Below are positions 47,425 to 57,030 of a DNA stretch of 64,000 bases, one piece after another (position 1 is the stretch's first letter; every line of letters begins with the position of its first letter). The notes under the pieces were generated by a model. It was not told the DNA's origin, did no database searches, and saw only the letters and a list, made by a program, of their open reading frames with translations. Source of the stretch: Thermoanaerobaculia bacterium (GTDB taxonomy: Bacteria > Acidobacteriota > Thermoanaerobaculia > Multivoradales > Multivoraceae). The translations under genes were made by a program, and so were the position numbers. The DNA is taken from assembly GCA_963664405.1 (NCBI GenBank), contig OY761158.1, positions 5,376,001 through 5,440,000 on the forward strand, in the 5' to 3' direction.

Positions 47425-48201
47425 ATGCACCGTGAGAGCCTTCGTCGAGGATTGGGCTGGGTCCTGCTGGTGCTCCTCTCCCCCCTCCTGCCTGGAGTGT
47501 TGGAAGCGGGTCCAGCTGAACCTGTCTATCCTACCTACGAGGGCTACGCCCCTAACGAGGACGGTACTGTCACTCTGGTCTTCGGCTATTACAACCCGAG
47601 TCCGGCGACGGTCAACATCCCCGCAGGAGAGGCGAACGGATTTTCACCGGGACCTCCAGACAGAGGCCAACCCACCACCTTCCTTCCCGGACGCCAGCGC
47701 CATGTCTGCCGCATGGTGCTCCCGGCCGACTACGAAGGCAATCTCCTCTGGACGCTGAGCTCGGCCGGCCAGACCATTCCTACTACCGAGCGTGGCGGGG
47801 TGGACCAGCTCTATCTTCTCGAGGAGAGCGGTACTGCCGCGAGAGCGGCTCGAGAGATCGACACGGCCAAAGCGGTGCACGGCACCTGCATCAACCGCTC
47901 TCCGGTGGTCTCGGCGGGCTCGGACAGGGACACTGTGCTCGCTGCGGGTGTCGGTCTGCGAGCCTTGGTGCGGGACGACGGCCTGCCTCGGGGTAGCGTA
48001 CTCGAATTGCAGTGGTCGCTGACGGCGGGTCCGAGACCGGTCTCCTTCTCGAATCCCGCGAGTGCTCTTACGGAGGTTTCCTTCACAGCTGCGGGAACGT
48101 ACACTCTCGAGTTGAGAGTAAGTGACGGAGAGAAGCAGTCGAGTGATGTCGTGATCGTGAAGGTTGCCGAAGAGGCAGCTCGCTCGTTGGCCGCGCGCTA
48201 G
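47425..48201 (+). CDS. Exported protein with C-terminal PKD/Ig-like domain
   Basis: Signal peptide; YEGY..NEDGT..FGYYN, GQPTTFLPGR, DDGLP, GTYTLELRVSDG. Confidence 0.78.
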   Translation: MHRESLRRGLGWVLLVLLSPLLPGVLEAGPAEPVYPTYEGYAPNEDGTVTLVFGYYNPSPATVNIPAGEANGFSPGPPDRGQPTTFLPGRQRHVCRMVLPADYEGNLLWTLSSAGQTIPTTERGGVDQLYLLEESGTAARAAREIDTAKAVHGTCINRSPVVSAGSDRDTVLAAGVGLRALVRDDGLPRGSVLELQWSLTAGPRPVSFSNPASALTEVSFTAAGTYTLELRVSDGEKQSSDVVIVKVAEEAARSLAAR

Positions 48202-48626
48202 CGGAGTGGATCGTCCCAGCGCAGGCCCTCGAAGCGGCCGAAGTCACCATCAGTGCTGCAGAGTACGAGGCCGTGCTCGATCGCAAGCGCCGCGAGATGG
48301 GCGTCCATGACCAGCCCGCCGGTCACCGAGCTCTCTCGAAGCAGGCTGGCCAACACCTCGTGATGGCGGGTTGTCGGAGCCGGGATCCAGACTTGAGGCA
48401 GGCTGAGCCAAGAATCGACCTGATCCCAGGCCTCCGCGATCGGCAAGGGGCTGGGGAAGAGGCGGGGGTTTGTCAGGATGCGGAGAAAGGCCAGCAGCGA
48501 AGGCCAGGGAAGACCGACGCGGGCTCGATCGTTGAGCTTTTCATCGAGCCAGTTGCGGGCGACCAGGTGCTGAGGATAGTCCGAGACCTTGGCGTAGAGT
48601 AGAAGGTTCGCGTCGATGAGGATCAC
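48198..48626 (-). CDS. vapC: VapC PIN-domain toxin
   Basis: DANLLLYA, FLRILTNPR, DAHLAALAIEHG, STDGDF. Confidence 0.93.
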   Translation of the reverse strand: MILIDANLLLYAKVSDYPQHLVARNWLDEKLNDRARVGLPWPSLLAFLRILTNPRLFPSPLPIAEAWDQVDSWLSLPQVWIPAPTTRHHEVLASLLRESSVTGGLVMDAHLAALAIEHGLVLCSTDGDFGRFEGLRWDDPLR

Positions 48627-48877
48627 CGGCGTAGATCCCCCTCGGCGACCGACAAGACTTCTGAGATGTTGTCAATGTTGGGAAGGCGTGGCTCGCCGAG
48701 AGACACCGGCTTTGTCCGGTAGGGCTTCTCGCTGCGTGGCCCCGGCTCCTGGCTCAATGCCAGCAGACCCGCGCGCAGCGCCTCGTTGAGAACGGAGCGA
48801 AACTTCTCGTTGCGCTCTCGGCACAGCTCCTTGAGCTCGTTGTATGTGTCGTCGTCGAGGGTGAGCGTTGTCCTCAT
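48623..48877 (-). CDS. vapB: VapB ribbon-helix-helix antitoxin
   Basis: MRTTLTLDDD..NEALRAGL; overlaps vapC start. Confidence 0.88.
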   Translation of the reverse strand: MRTTLTLDDDTYNELKELCRERNEKFRSVLNEALRAGLLALSQEPGPRSEKPYRTKPVSLGEPRLPNIDNISEVLSVAEGDLRR

Positions 48878-48878
48878 G

Positions 48879-48913
48879 CATCAAAGCATAAGAATCTGAT
48901 GCTTTGATGTCAA
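48879..48913 (-). promoter_or_regulatory. vapBC promoter overlapped by a perfect 11-bp inverted-repeat operator
   Basis: CATCAAAGCAT-N9-ATGCTTTGATG; minus strand TTGACA-17-TATGCT ending 7 nt before the ATG. Confidence 0.8.
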
Positions 48914-48954
48914 TGAAGGATCGATCGCTTGTGAGACCGTCGACGGCCCTAACG

Positions 48955-50310
48955 CTATCCTCCCGTGCGCGGACGCCTGCTCACATGATCCTCGTACTCG
49001 TCTTCTGTGAGGTAGACGAAATTGGTCCAGCCGATCGCCATGTCGTCGATGGTGCGAGCGCCCCAGCCAACCCAGGCGGTGGGGTCGGGATTGTGGCGGT
49101 TGGCCTCCGAGTTGTCGTGCCAAGAGGTGACGTGCAGGACGGTGCCTGCCGGGAACACCGGCGGATCTTTGTAGGGGTAGGCGACCTGCCAGTTGAAGTC
49201 GTAGTTGTCGATCACGGTCAAGGGCTCGCGGCGGCCGTCGAGATGGATCGCCTCCAGCGCCATCGCCTTGCCTCGATAGTGCATATGGGCCTGGAAGCTG
49301 ATGATCTTCGTCGGCCGCGGAAGCACGCGGTATCCGTCGTGGCGCACATTGGGAGCGCCCGGAGGAATGCTGAGCTCGTTGAGGCGGCCCTCGGCATTGG
49401 GGAGCCCGGCGAAGATGCGAGTGGAGATCACTCGGCGCGTGGGTACGACTCCCTCGGGGTAGAACCCGAAGCCAACCCGGAGACGGTCGTGGATCTCGTC
49501 GCCGACCGGGTGGTAGTGGGGCCTGAAGCGGACCTTGGCGCCAGCCATGAGGAGCTTGCCGGTGCCCTCGGAGTAGATGTCGCCGGTATTGCCGACCGCA
49601 TACTCGATCAGCAGCGAACCACGGAGAGCGCCGTCCGCCCCGACGCGGGTGGGATCGTCATCGGCTTCGATCCGGTCGTCGCCGATGTATTCGGCGTCGT
49701 CCTGCATTGCGTAGACGATGACGTGATGCACCGACCGGCGGCCCTCGATACTCGGCTTGACCTCGATCCACTTGATGTAGCGATCCTGCTCGAGTCCGGT
49801 GTCGGCGACAAAGCTGGTGAAGAGATCCGGGCCCTCGGCGGGGACCACCATCTCTTCGTCCATCTCGACCACTAGATCGGGCTCGCCGAATTCCCAGTCT
49901 TCCTCTGCCGGCCATTGGATTGGCGGAGGTAGCTCGGCGGGATCGCCTTCCGGCGCGCCGGCGTCGACCCAGCGGGCAATGGTCGTGATCTCTTCGTCAC
50001 GGAGCGAGGGATCTGGGTCGTACTCGCCGATCGAGCGATCGATATGCCACGGCGGCATCTCGCGGCTCACCACGCGCTTCTTGATCGATCTCGCCCAGGG
50101 CCGGGACGAGGTGTAGGTCCCGAGCGACATTGGCGCCGGACTGTCTTGGCGATGACAGCGCTCACAAGAGCGCTGGAAAATAGGCGCTATGTCTCTACTG
50201 AAGGTCGGCGCCTCGATCGCATCACGCGCGCTCTCGGCTGCCGACGCCGGAAGCGACCCTGCGATCGCGGCAGCGACACCGATCAAGAGTATGGAGCGAG
50301 ATCCCTTCAT
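48955..50310 (-). CDS. Exported cytochrome c + copper type II monooxygenase-like fusion protein
   Basis: Signal peptide; CERCH..MPPW heme c domain; VHHV, PHYH, AHMH, YDFNWQ, DDM. Confidence 0.8.
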   Translation of the reverse strand: MKGSRSILLIGVAAAIAGSLPASAAESARDAIEAPTFSRDIAPIFQRSCERCHRQDSPAPMSLGTYTSSRPWARSIKKRVVSREMPPWHIDRSIGEYDPDPSLRDEEITTIARWVDAGAPEGDPAELPPPIQWPAEEDWEFGEPDLVVEMDEEMVVPAEGPDLFTSFVADTGLEQDRYIKWIEVKPSIEGRRSVHHVIVYAMQDDAEYIGDDRIEADDDPTRVGADGALRGSLLIEYAVGNTGDIYSEGTGKLLMAGAKVRFRPHYHPVGDEIHDRLRVGFGFYPEGVVPTRRVISTRIFAGLPNAEGRLNELSIPPGAPNVRHDGYRVLPRPTKIISFQAHMHYRGKAMALEAIHLDGRREPLTVIDNYDFNWQVAYPYKDPPVFPAGTVLHVTSWHDNSEANRHNPDPTAWVGWGARTIDDMAIGWTNFVYLTEDEYEDHVSRRPRTGG

Positions 50311-50374
50311 GGCTGTCTCCTCGAAGCAGATGTTGCGTCGTCGAGGTTAGCACCTCGGTGACGCAGAGGGCAGC

Positions 50375-51019
50375 TCAGCGCTTGCGGATCTGGTAGACAC
50401 AGCGAGTGTCGCCACTCATCAGATGGGCAGTTCTCGAGATCTCGGCCTCTTCCCCGAGAGCGTGCTGGAAGACTTCGAGCTCGGCGCGACAGAGCCCGGT
50501 GCAGCTGCGCGCCGCTTCACAGATGGGGCAGTGATGCTCGACCAATAGATAGCTGCCGGGCCGTTCGGTGCGCACCTCCGCCATGTAGCCTTCGTCGCTG
50601 CGCAGGCTCGCCAGCGCTTCGACTCGGCTCTTGAGCGACGCCCGCGCCCCCGGCATGCGCTCTCGGTAATCGCTCATCTGTTGGCGGGCTCGGGTATCGA
50701 TGACCCGCTCAACCCCCTCTTCACCGAAAGCCTCGCGCAAGGCCCCGATCAGCCCGACCGTGAGCTCGCCGTGCCGGTCAGGGAAGAGGCCCTCTGCACC
50801 CTCGCTCAAACGCCACTCGGACGAGGGACGACCACGGCCCACGGCCGCTCGCTTCTGCTGGGTCACCAATCCCTGCGCCTCGAGAGAGCTCAGATGCTGG
50901 CGCACCGCAGTACCGGTGAGATCCAGCATCGCGGCTATGTCGGCGGCCGTCGCCGAGCCCGCCCGCTTGAGGATCTCGAGCAGGCGGCGCTTTGCCGGGG
51001 TCAGACCATCGTCACTCAT
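50375..51019 (-). CDS. SufR-like winged-helix regulator with Cys-containing sensor domain
   Basis: AVRQHL, GRGRP, EGYMAE, EHHCPI..C..LC..EL, C-terminal C. Confidence 0.85.
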   Translation of the reverse strand: MSDDGLTPAKRRLLEILKRAGSATAADIAAMLDLTGTAVRQHLSSLEAQGLVTQQKRAAVGRGRPSSEWRLSEGAEGLFPDRHGELTVGLIGALREAFGEEGVERVIDTRARQQMSDYRERMPGARASLKSRVEALASLRSDEGYMAEVRTERPGSYLLVEHHCPICEAARSCTGLCRAELEVFQHALGEEAEISRTAHLMSGDTRCVYQIRKR

Positions 51020-51050
51020 CGAAGAGAGCATACTTGAAATATTCTAAATA

Positions 51051-51106
51051 TGAAAGTAAACACTTGACTAAATAATGCGTAGAATATATAAAAGTCAACA
51101 CTTTCA
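51051..51106. promoter_or_regulatory. Divergent promoter region with duplicated operator
   Basis: AAAGT(A/C)AACACTT at 51053-51065 and 51091-51103; plus strand TTGACT-17-TATAAA. Confidence 0.65.
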
Positions 51107-51121
51107 AAAAAGGAGACACTC

Positions 51122-51511
51122 ATGTACCTCGAGCACGTCAATCTCACCGTCGCCGATATCGACAGATCCACCGACTTCTACCATCGCCTACTCGACTTCA
51201 GAGTGCGCTGGGAGGGTTACTCTTCGAGTGGTCGCCGAGCCAGCCATATTGGTATCGAGGGCCCCGACGGGACCTACCTGGCACTCTTCGAGGGAGATGC
51301 TCGCGCTCTCGAGATGGATTACCACAAGGTCGGATTCAACCACTTTGGTGTCGTGGTCGACGATCTCGATGCAACCAGAGAGCGGCTCGAAGGTCTGGGA
51401 GCCCAGGTTCACCTCGAAGGCGACTACGAGCCGGGACGCCGCCTCTACTTTCTCGACCCCGATGGCTACGAGGTAGAGTTGGTGGAGTACCCGCAGGAGG
51501 CCGCGAGCTGA
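51122..51511 (+). CDS. VOC (glyoxalase) family protein
   Basis: LEHVNLTV, NHFGVVVDD, YFLDPDGYEVE. Confidence 0.92.
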   Translation: MYLEHVNLTVADIDRSTDFYHRLLDFRVRWEGYSSSGRRASHIGIEGPDGTYLALFEGDARALEMDYHKVGFNHFGVVVDDLDATRERLEGLGAQVHLEGDYEPGRRLYFLDPDGYEVELVEYPQEAAS

Positions 51512-51522
51512 GCTCCAAACAC

Positions 51523-52041
51523 TTGATCTTCTCTTGCAGTCTGCGCCCGGAGAGCCACAGCGGCGTGCTGGCTCGGGAGCTCGTCGGAGAGCTCGAGAGA
51601 GTCGGAAAAGAGGTCGATCTTGTCGACTTGCGTGAGGTGGAGCTGCCTTTCTGTGACGCCGACGAGTGTTATCGCGACTCCAACGTGGTGCGCGTACGCG
51701 CGATGATCGAGGAAGCGGCGAGCGTGACCTTCGCCACTCCGATCTACAACTACGAAGTCGGTGGCGCGACGCGGAACCTGGTGGCGGTGTGCGGCAACAC
51801 CTGGAAAGAGAAGATCGTCGGTTTCTTATGCGCGGCCGGCGGCCGCAACTCGTATATGTCGGTGATGGGTCTCGCCGACTCGATGATGCTCGACTTCCGA
51901 TGCCTGGTCGTGCCTCGCTTCGTCTACGCGACGCGGCAGGCCTTTCGCGATGGCTGCTTGGTCGATGACGTCGTCCAGGAGCGAGTCGAGGAGCTCGCCG
52001 GAGAGCTGGACCGACTGACGACGGCGCTTAACGGAGTCTGA
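51523..52041 (+). CDS. NADPH-dependent FMN reductase
   Basis: SLRPESHS, TPIYN, AAGG..SYMS. Confidence 0.85.
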   Translation: MIFSCSLRPESHSGVLARELVGELERVGKEVDLVDLREVELPFCDADECYRDSNVVRVRAMIEEAASVTFATPIYNYEVGGATRNLVAVCGNTWKEKIVGFLCAAGGRNSYMSVMGLADSMMLDFRCLVVPRFVYATRQAFRDGCLVDDVVQERVEELAGELDRLTTALNGV

Positions 52042-52053
52042 ATGGCCCAGATC

Positions 52054-53406
52054 CTAGTCGGCCTTCTCCAGCGAAGCGGACAAGATCTCGACGTCGTTGC
52101 GAATGAAGACATGGCGGTTGGCGTAGGCGGGGTGTCCCCAGTTGATTTTCGCGTCGAACCTCTTACGCGGGCCGAAGCCGGCGCTTGTCGTCGGCTCGAT
52201 CAGCTTGGTGCGGTCGATCTCTTCGTACCCATTTCGTGTGAAGCGGCAGAGAATCAGCTCGCCGAGATCGTTGAACACCACCCAGCGGTCGCCCTGCTCG
52301 ACCACGTAGGCCGATCCCCAGCGCCCCTGGCGCGCCATCGTCTTGTCCTCCCACAAGCGCTTGCCGGTGGGTGCGTCGAGGGCTCGCAGCTCGCCGTAGC
52401 TGTCGATGCCGTAGATCGTCTCGCCCTTCAAGATCGGGGTGGTGATGAGAGAATGCAGGGCCTCGGTATCGCCGGGCATCTCACTGCGCCCCTTCATTCT
52501 CCACAGCTCCTTGACTCCGGGACCATCGTCGAGCTCGAGCATCAGCGAGCCACCGTAGAACGTGGACAGGAACAGAAGGTTGTTCTCGACCACGGGGGTG
52601 GCGACAGTCAGGGCTCCGCGCGTCTCGAAGGGAAAGTGCCACAACACGTCTCCCGAGTCGGGGTCGAGCGAGCTCATCGCCATCGGATGCCAGATCAGGA
52701 GCTGGCGATGCCCCGCCACTTCGACGATGGTGGGCTGCGAGTAACCGGGCTCGGAGCTGGCTTCGAGAGCCCGCCAGACTTCGGCTCCGGTCTTCTTGTC
52801 GAAAGCAACGACCAGAGCATCGGGCTCACCGCCAACGATGGCGATGAGCAGATCACCATTGACGATCGGTGAGCTCGAGAAACCCCAAACGGGGATGCCG
52901 ACGTCGTAGTCGGTGGGGTAGTGCTTCTGCCAGATCACCTTGCCGGTGTTCGTATTCAGGCACAGAAGATGACCCGCCGCGCCTATGACGTAGACGCGGT
53001 CGCCGTCGACGGTCGGCACCGCCCGCGGTCCCTCCGCGTAAGAGGCCATGAGTGAGGAGTAGTCGACCTCCCAACTATGAGTCCACAGCACCTTGCCGGT
53101 CGCCTCGTCGAGGGCGAGCATGCGCTCGGTACCGTCGATGCGAGGTGTCCCCTTGTGGCGCTCGAAGTCCGCGACGAAAACCTTGCCGCCGGCGACGACG
53201 GGACCCGCATAACCTTCCTTGATCGGCGTGCGCCAGCGCACGGTGAGCCCTTCGCTGGGGAAACGCTCGACAATGCCGTCTTCGCTCCAGATCGCCCGGC
53301 CTCCTGGGCCGCGCCATTCCGGCCAGTCTTCAGCCAGGGAGGCGCCTGCTGTAACGAGGGAACCGAGCAAGAGTGTCGCAAGGATCGAGCGGAATGTGCG
53401 GTTCAT
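52054..53406 (-). CDS. Exported PQQ-binding-like beta-propeller protein
   Basis: DWPEWRGP and repeated ..D..TG..(L/I)W blades. Confidence 0.88.
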   Translation of the reverse strand: MNRTFRSILATLLLGSLVTAGASLAEDWPEWRGPGGRAIWSEDGIVERFPSEGLTVRWRTPIKEGYAGPVVAGGKVFVADFERHKGTPRIDGTERMLALDEATGKVLWTHSWEVDYSSLMASYAEGPRAVPTVDGDRVYVIGAAGHLLCLNTNTGKVIWQKHYPTDYDVGIPVWGFSSSPIVNGDLLIAIVGGEPDALVVAFDKKTGAEVWRALEASSEPGYSQPTIVEVAGHRQLLIWHPMAMSSLDPDSGDVLWHFPFETRGALTVATPVVENNLLFLSTFYGGSLMLELDDGPGVKELWRMKGRSEMPGDTEALHSLITTPILKGETIYGIDSYGELRALDAPTGKRLWEDKTMARQGRWGSAYVVEQGDRWVVFNDLGELILCRFTRNGYEEIDRTKLIEPTTSAGFGPRKRFDAKINWGHPAYANRHVFIRNDVEILSASLEKAD

Positions 53407-53486
53407 ATACGGGTCACCTCTCTGTTGCGTTGAACGGCGGGAGTGTAGCAAGGCGCGGCCGCGGTGTTGCAGGTAGGCTAGGAGAG

Positions 53487-55046
53487 ATGAACCGCGATCG
53501 CATGCTTCGACACCTCCACGCCGATAAGGAGGAGTGGGACTTCATTGTGATCGGCGGTGGCGCCACGGGCCTTGGGGTCGTCGTCGATGCCGCGTCGAGG
53601 GGCTATCGATCTCTGCTCCTCGAGCAGGGCGACTTCGCCAAGGGCACGTCGAGCCGATCGACCAAGCTGATCCACGGCGGTGTGCGCTATCTCCAGCAGG
53701 GGAATGTGAGTCTGGTGCTCGAGGCGCTGCACGAGCGCGGCCTCTTACGCCAGAATGCGCCTCATCTGGTTCACGACATCCCCTTCGTGGTGCCCAACTA
53801 CGACTGGTGGGAGGCGCCGTTCTACGGCATCGGTCTCCGCCTCTACGATGTGCTCGCCGGCCGCCACGGCTTCGGAGCCTCTCGCCATCTCTCACGCGAG
53901 GAGACGCTGGCCCATCTGCCTACTCTCGAGACCGACGGCTTGCGTGGTGGCACTCTCTACTACGACGGCCAGTTCGACGACGCGCGATTGGCGATCTCGT
54001 TGGCGGCGACGGCGGCCGATCTGGGCGCGACCCTGGTCAACTACATGGCTGTCCGTTCGTTGACCAAAAGCGACGGGATGGTGCGAGGGGTGATCGCGGT
54101 CGACGGGGAGAGCGGGGAGGAGAGAGAGCTCCGTGGCAAGGTGGTGATCAATGCGACCGGCCCTTGGAGCGACTCTGTGCGGAGCATGGACGACCCTCAG
54201 GCCTCGCCGATGATGCGGCCGAGCCAGGGAGTTCATGTTGTTCTGGAGCGCCGCTTCTTACCCGGCGACAGCGCGATCATGGTGCCTCACACCGACGACG
54301 GGCGGGTGCTCTTCGCCATTCCCTGGCACGACCGGGTGATCGTCGGCACCACTGACACTCCGATCGAGGAAGCGACGCTCGAGCCTCGTCCGCTCCCCGA
54401 GGAGATCGACTTCCTACTCACGCACGCCGCCCGCTATCTCGACGAGGATCCCGTGCGGGCCGACGTCCTCTCGGCCTTCGCCGGCATCCGCCCGCTCGTC
54501 GGCGACCCCGACAATCAGGACTCGGCGTCGATCTCGCGCGATCACACGCTGCAAATCTCGTCGTCCTGCCTGGTGACCATTGCCGGCGGGAAGTGGACGA
54601 CTTACCGCAAGATGGCGGAAGATACGGTCAATCAGGCGGCGGTCCTGGCTCAGCTCCCCGAGCGCTCCTGCGTTACCGGCGAGCTCAACCTGCATGGCTA
54701 CCATCGCGACGCTGCCTCATTCGGCGACCTCGCCGCCTACGGCGCCGATGCAGTGCCCTTGCGGGACTTCCTCGCCACCCAGCCGAGCTATGGGGAGCGC
54801 CTTCATCCGTCTCTGCGCCCTTTCGTCGGAGAGGTCGTTTGGGCGGTGCGAGAGGAGATGGCCAGAAACGTCGAGGACTTTCTAGCTCGGCGAACGCGTT
54901 CTCTGCTGCTCGACGCCAGGTCGAGCATCGAGGCCGCTCCTCGCGTGGCCGAGCTGATGGCTGCCGAGCTGGGGCGTGACGCGAGCTGGCGCGACGAACA
55001 AGTCGAGCAGTACCGGACCCTAGCCGCCGGCTATTTGGCGGAGTGA
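53487..55046 (+). CDS. glpD: FAD-dependent glycerol-3-phosphate dehydrogenase
   Basis: GGGATG, GTSSRSTKLIHGGVRYL, DGQFDDAR, NATGPW, GGKWTTYR. Confidence 0.95.
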   Translation: MNRDRMLRHLHADKEEWDFIVIGGGATGLGVVVDAASRGYRSLLLEQGDFAKGTSSRSTKLIHGGVRYLQQGNVSLVLEALHERGLLRQNAPHLVHDIPFVVPNYDWWEAPFYGIGLRLYDVLAGRHGFGASRHLSREETLAHLPTLETDGLRGGTLYYDGQFDDARLAISLAATAADLGATLVNYMAVRSLTKSDGMVRGVIAVDGESGEERELRGKVVINATGPWSDSVRSMDDPQASPMMRPSQGVHVVLERRFLPGDSAIMVPHTDDGRVLFAIPWHDRVIVGTTDTPIEEATLEPRPLPEEIDFLLTHAARYLDEDPVRADVLSAFAGIRPLVGDPDNQDSASISRDHTLQISSSCLVTIAGGKWTTYRKMAEDTVNQAAVLAQLPERSCVTGELNLHGYHRDAASFGDLAAYGADAVPLRDFLATQPSYGERLHPSLRPFVGEVVWAVREEMARNVEDFLARRTRSLLLDARSSIEAAPRVAELMAAELGRDASWRDEQVEQYRTLAAGYLAE

Positions 55047-55076
55047 CGAGATCACCGGAACATCCCAAGCCCGCCC

Positions 55077-56939
55077 CTACTCTCGATCCTTCCCGAAGAG
55101 GCTGCGTAGTCCGTCTCTCAAGGTGTCCTCCAGCGTTGACTTCAACTTGTCGACCTCTTTCCCCAGCACGGCCTTGGCGATCTCTTTCAGTGCATCCTGG
55201 AGGGCGTCACGATCGAGCCCGATCTCAGGCTCCTCGACGGTGCCGCGGATGATGAGCGGCACCCAGATACGCCCGTCGTCCGTCGTCAAGGCTCGCACAA
55301 CGTCCGCCGCGAGCTCGTCGGTCGGCTCGTAGGTCGAGGGCAATCCGACGTTCGCGGAGAAGGTGAGGGATCCGTCTGCGGCAACGGAGCCTTTGCCTCG
55401 CAGCAGGAAGATCTCACTCTCGAGAGTAAAAGGAAGAACTTCGAGTTTGCCCTGCTCGAGCGTGAACTCGACATCCGTACCCAGGTAGGCGGCGCCATCC
55501 GAAGAGGTGTCGAGAAGATTGTCGAGAGCGATCAGTAGGGGCATCGAAGGGAAGCGTCCGGGGTCGAGCCTGATCGTGCCTTCGGCCTGCAACTTCTCGG
55601 GCGCCGACGTGGGGCCGAAGGCGCGGGCCGAAATGCGAGCCGCGCCCATCGCGTCCTGGTCGCGGGCACCGAGGGCGCTGTCGAGGTCGAGTGAGCCTCC
55701 CTCGAGAACGAGCTCGTAGTCCGGTGGGTGGCTCTCGAGGTTGGCATCGAGGAGAAGTCCCTCCGAGGGGATCTCCACCTGCGCCTGGACGGTCGCCCGC
55801 CCGTCGAGCTCGCCGTGACCTTCGGCGCGCAGCTTCACGATGTCGCCGGTGAGCTCGAAGGGGAGGATCTGGATCGCGCCCTCGCGAAGCTCGAGCGTGA
55901 CGGTGGTGGGCTGGTAGGCCGAGCCCACCAGGCCGATGTCGAGGATGGTATCGATGTCGGTCATCGGCGAGAGGGGTGGAATGCGGCCTGCGGCGAGCGA
56001 GATCGTGCCGGTGGCCCGTACGCCATCCGGGTCGATGCCTGCGCCCGAGACGTCGAGCTCGACAGCTCCGGGGCCCAGATAGGGATCGCCTTCGAGGCCG
56101 AGGAGGGCGTCGAGGTCGACGGACTCCGCCAGGACGGTGATCCGATACTCGAAGGGGGCTTCTGCCAGGTCGACCTGGCCCTCGGGAATGCGCAGCCGGC
56201 CCCATGGACTCGAGGCCGTGAGGTCGCTCAGGCGATAGACGCCTCGCTCCGCGGAAAGGTTCCCGCTAGCGCTGTCAAGAGAAGTGTCGCCGACCCGGAT
56301 AGCGGCAATCTGGATCTCGCCGCGGGCGGAAAGGCCGAGCAGGGCCGACGGTGCTTGTGGGTCGATCTCGAGATCCTGAAGGTCGAGGTCGAGGCCCTCG
56401 AGTACCAGCGTGTCTCCTTCGACGTCCTCCGAGCGCACCTCGAGGTGGCCGTCCCGAAGACGGATCTCTTGAATCTTGACGTCCAGGCTCCCAGTACTCG
56501 GCACACCTTCTGGCATGGGCAGAGCGGTGTCTCCCCGAGGTCCGGGCGAACGCCTGCCGCTGTCGCCTGTCGAGGGGCGTCCGTTTTCGTCGGTGGCAGT
56601 GACAATCTCGACCAGGGCTCCCTCCAGGAAGATCTCGTCGACCGCGACCTGGCCGCGCAGAAGCGGCCAGAGCCGGTGCTTGAAGACGACCGCGTCGAGG
56701 GTGCCTCGCACGCTGCCCGAAGGGATCTCGCCCTCGATCTGAACATCCTCGAGACGAAAGCCCTCGATCAGCTTGAGGCGGAAGTCCCCGACTTGGAGCC
56801 GAAACCCGGTCGTAGCTTCGGCCTCGGCGAGGAGCCGGTTACCGATCTCGCTGACGTCGATCTGGACGAAGAGAAGTAGCGCGACACAGACGACGGCGAA
56901 CACAAACAGGGAGACCAATAGGAGAGCCCATCGCCGCAT
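55077..56939 (-). CDS. AsmA-family protein
   Basis: N-terminal TM, LWPLLRGQV, beta-rich body, C-terminal VPLIIRGTVEEP. Confidence 0.8.
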   Translation of the reverse strand: MRRWALLLVSLFVFAVVCVALLLFVQIDVSEIGNRLLAEAEATTGFRLQVGDFRLKLIEGFRLEDVQIEGEIPSGSVRGTLDAVVFKHRLWPLLRGQVAVDEIFLEGALVEIVTATDENGRPSTGDSGRRSPGPRGDTALPMPEGVPSTGSLDVKIQEIRLRDGHLEVRSEDVEGDTLVLEGLDLDLQDLEIDPQAPSALLGLSARGEIQIAAIRVGDTSLDSASGNLSAERGVYRLSDLTASSPWGRLRIPEGQVDLAEAPFEYRITVLAESVDLDALLGLEGDPYLGPGAVELDVSGAGIDPDGVRATGTISLAAGRIPPLSPMTDIDTILDIGLVGSAYQPTTVTLELREGAIQILPFELTGDIVKLRAEGHGELDGRATVQAQVEIPSEGLLLDANLESHPPDYELVLEGGSLDLDSALGARDQDAMGAARISARAFGPTSAPEKLQAEGTIRLDPGRFPSMPLLIALDNLLDTSSDGAAYLGTDVEFTLEQGKLEVLPFTLESEIFLLRGKGSVAADGSLTFSANVGLPSTYEPTDELAADVVRALTTDDGRIWVPLIIRGTVEEPEIGLDRDALQDALKEIAKAVLGKEVDKLKSTLEDTLRDGLRSLFGKDRE

Positions 56940-57030
56940 TGGGTAAGAATACGCTTGGCGGTGTGAGTGTGCCAGGCCCCGTTGGTTCTGCTACCTCTGC
57001 TCGCCCACCTATGTTAGGTATGTCTGCCGG

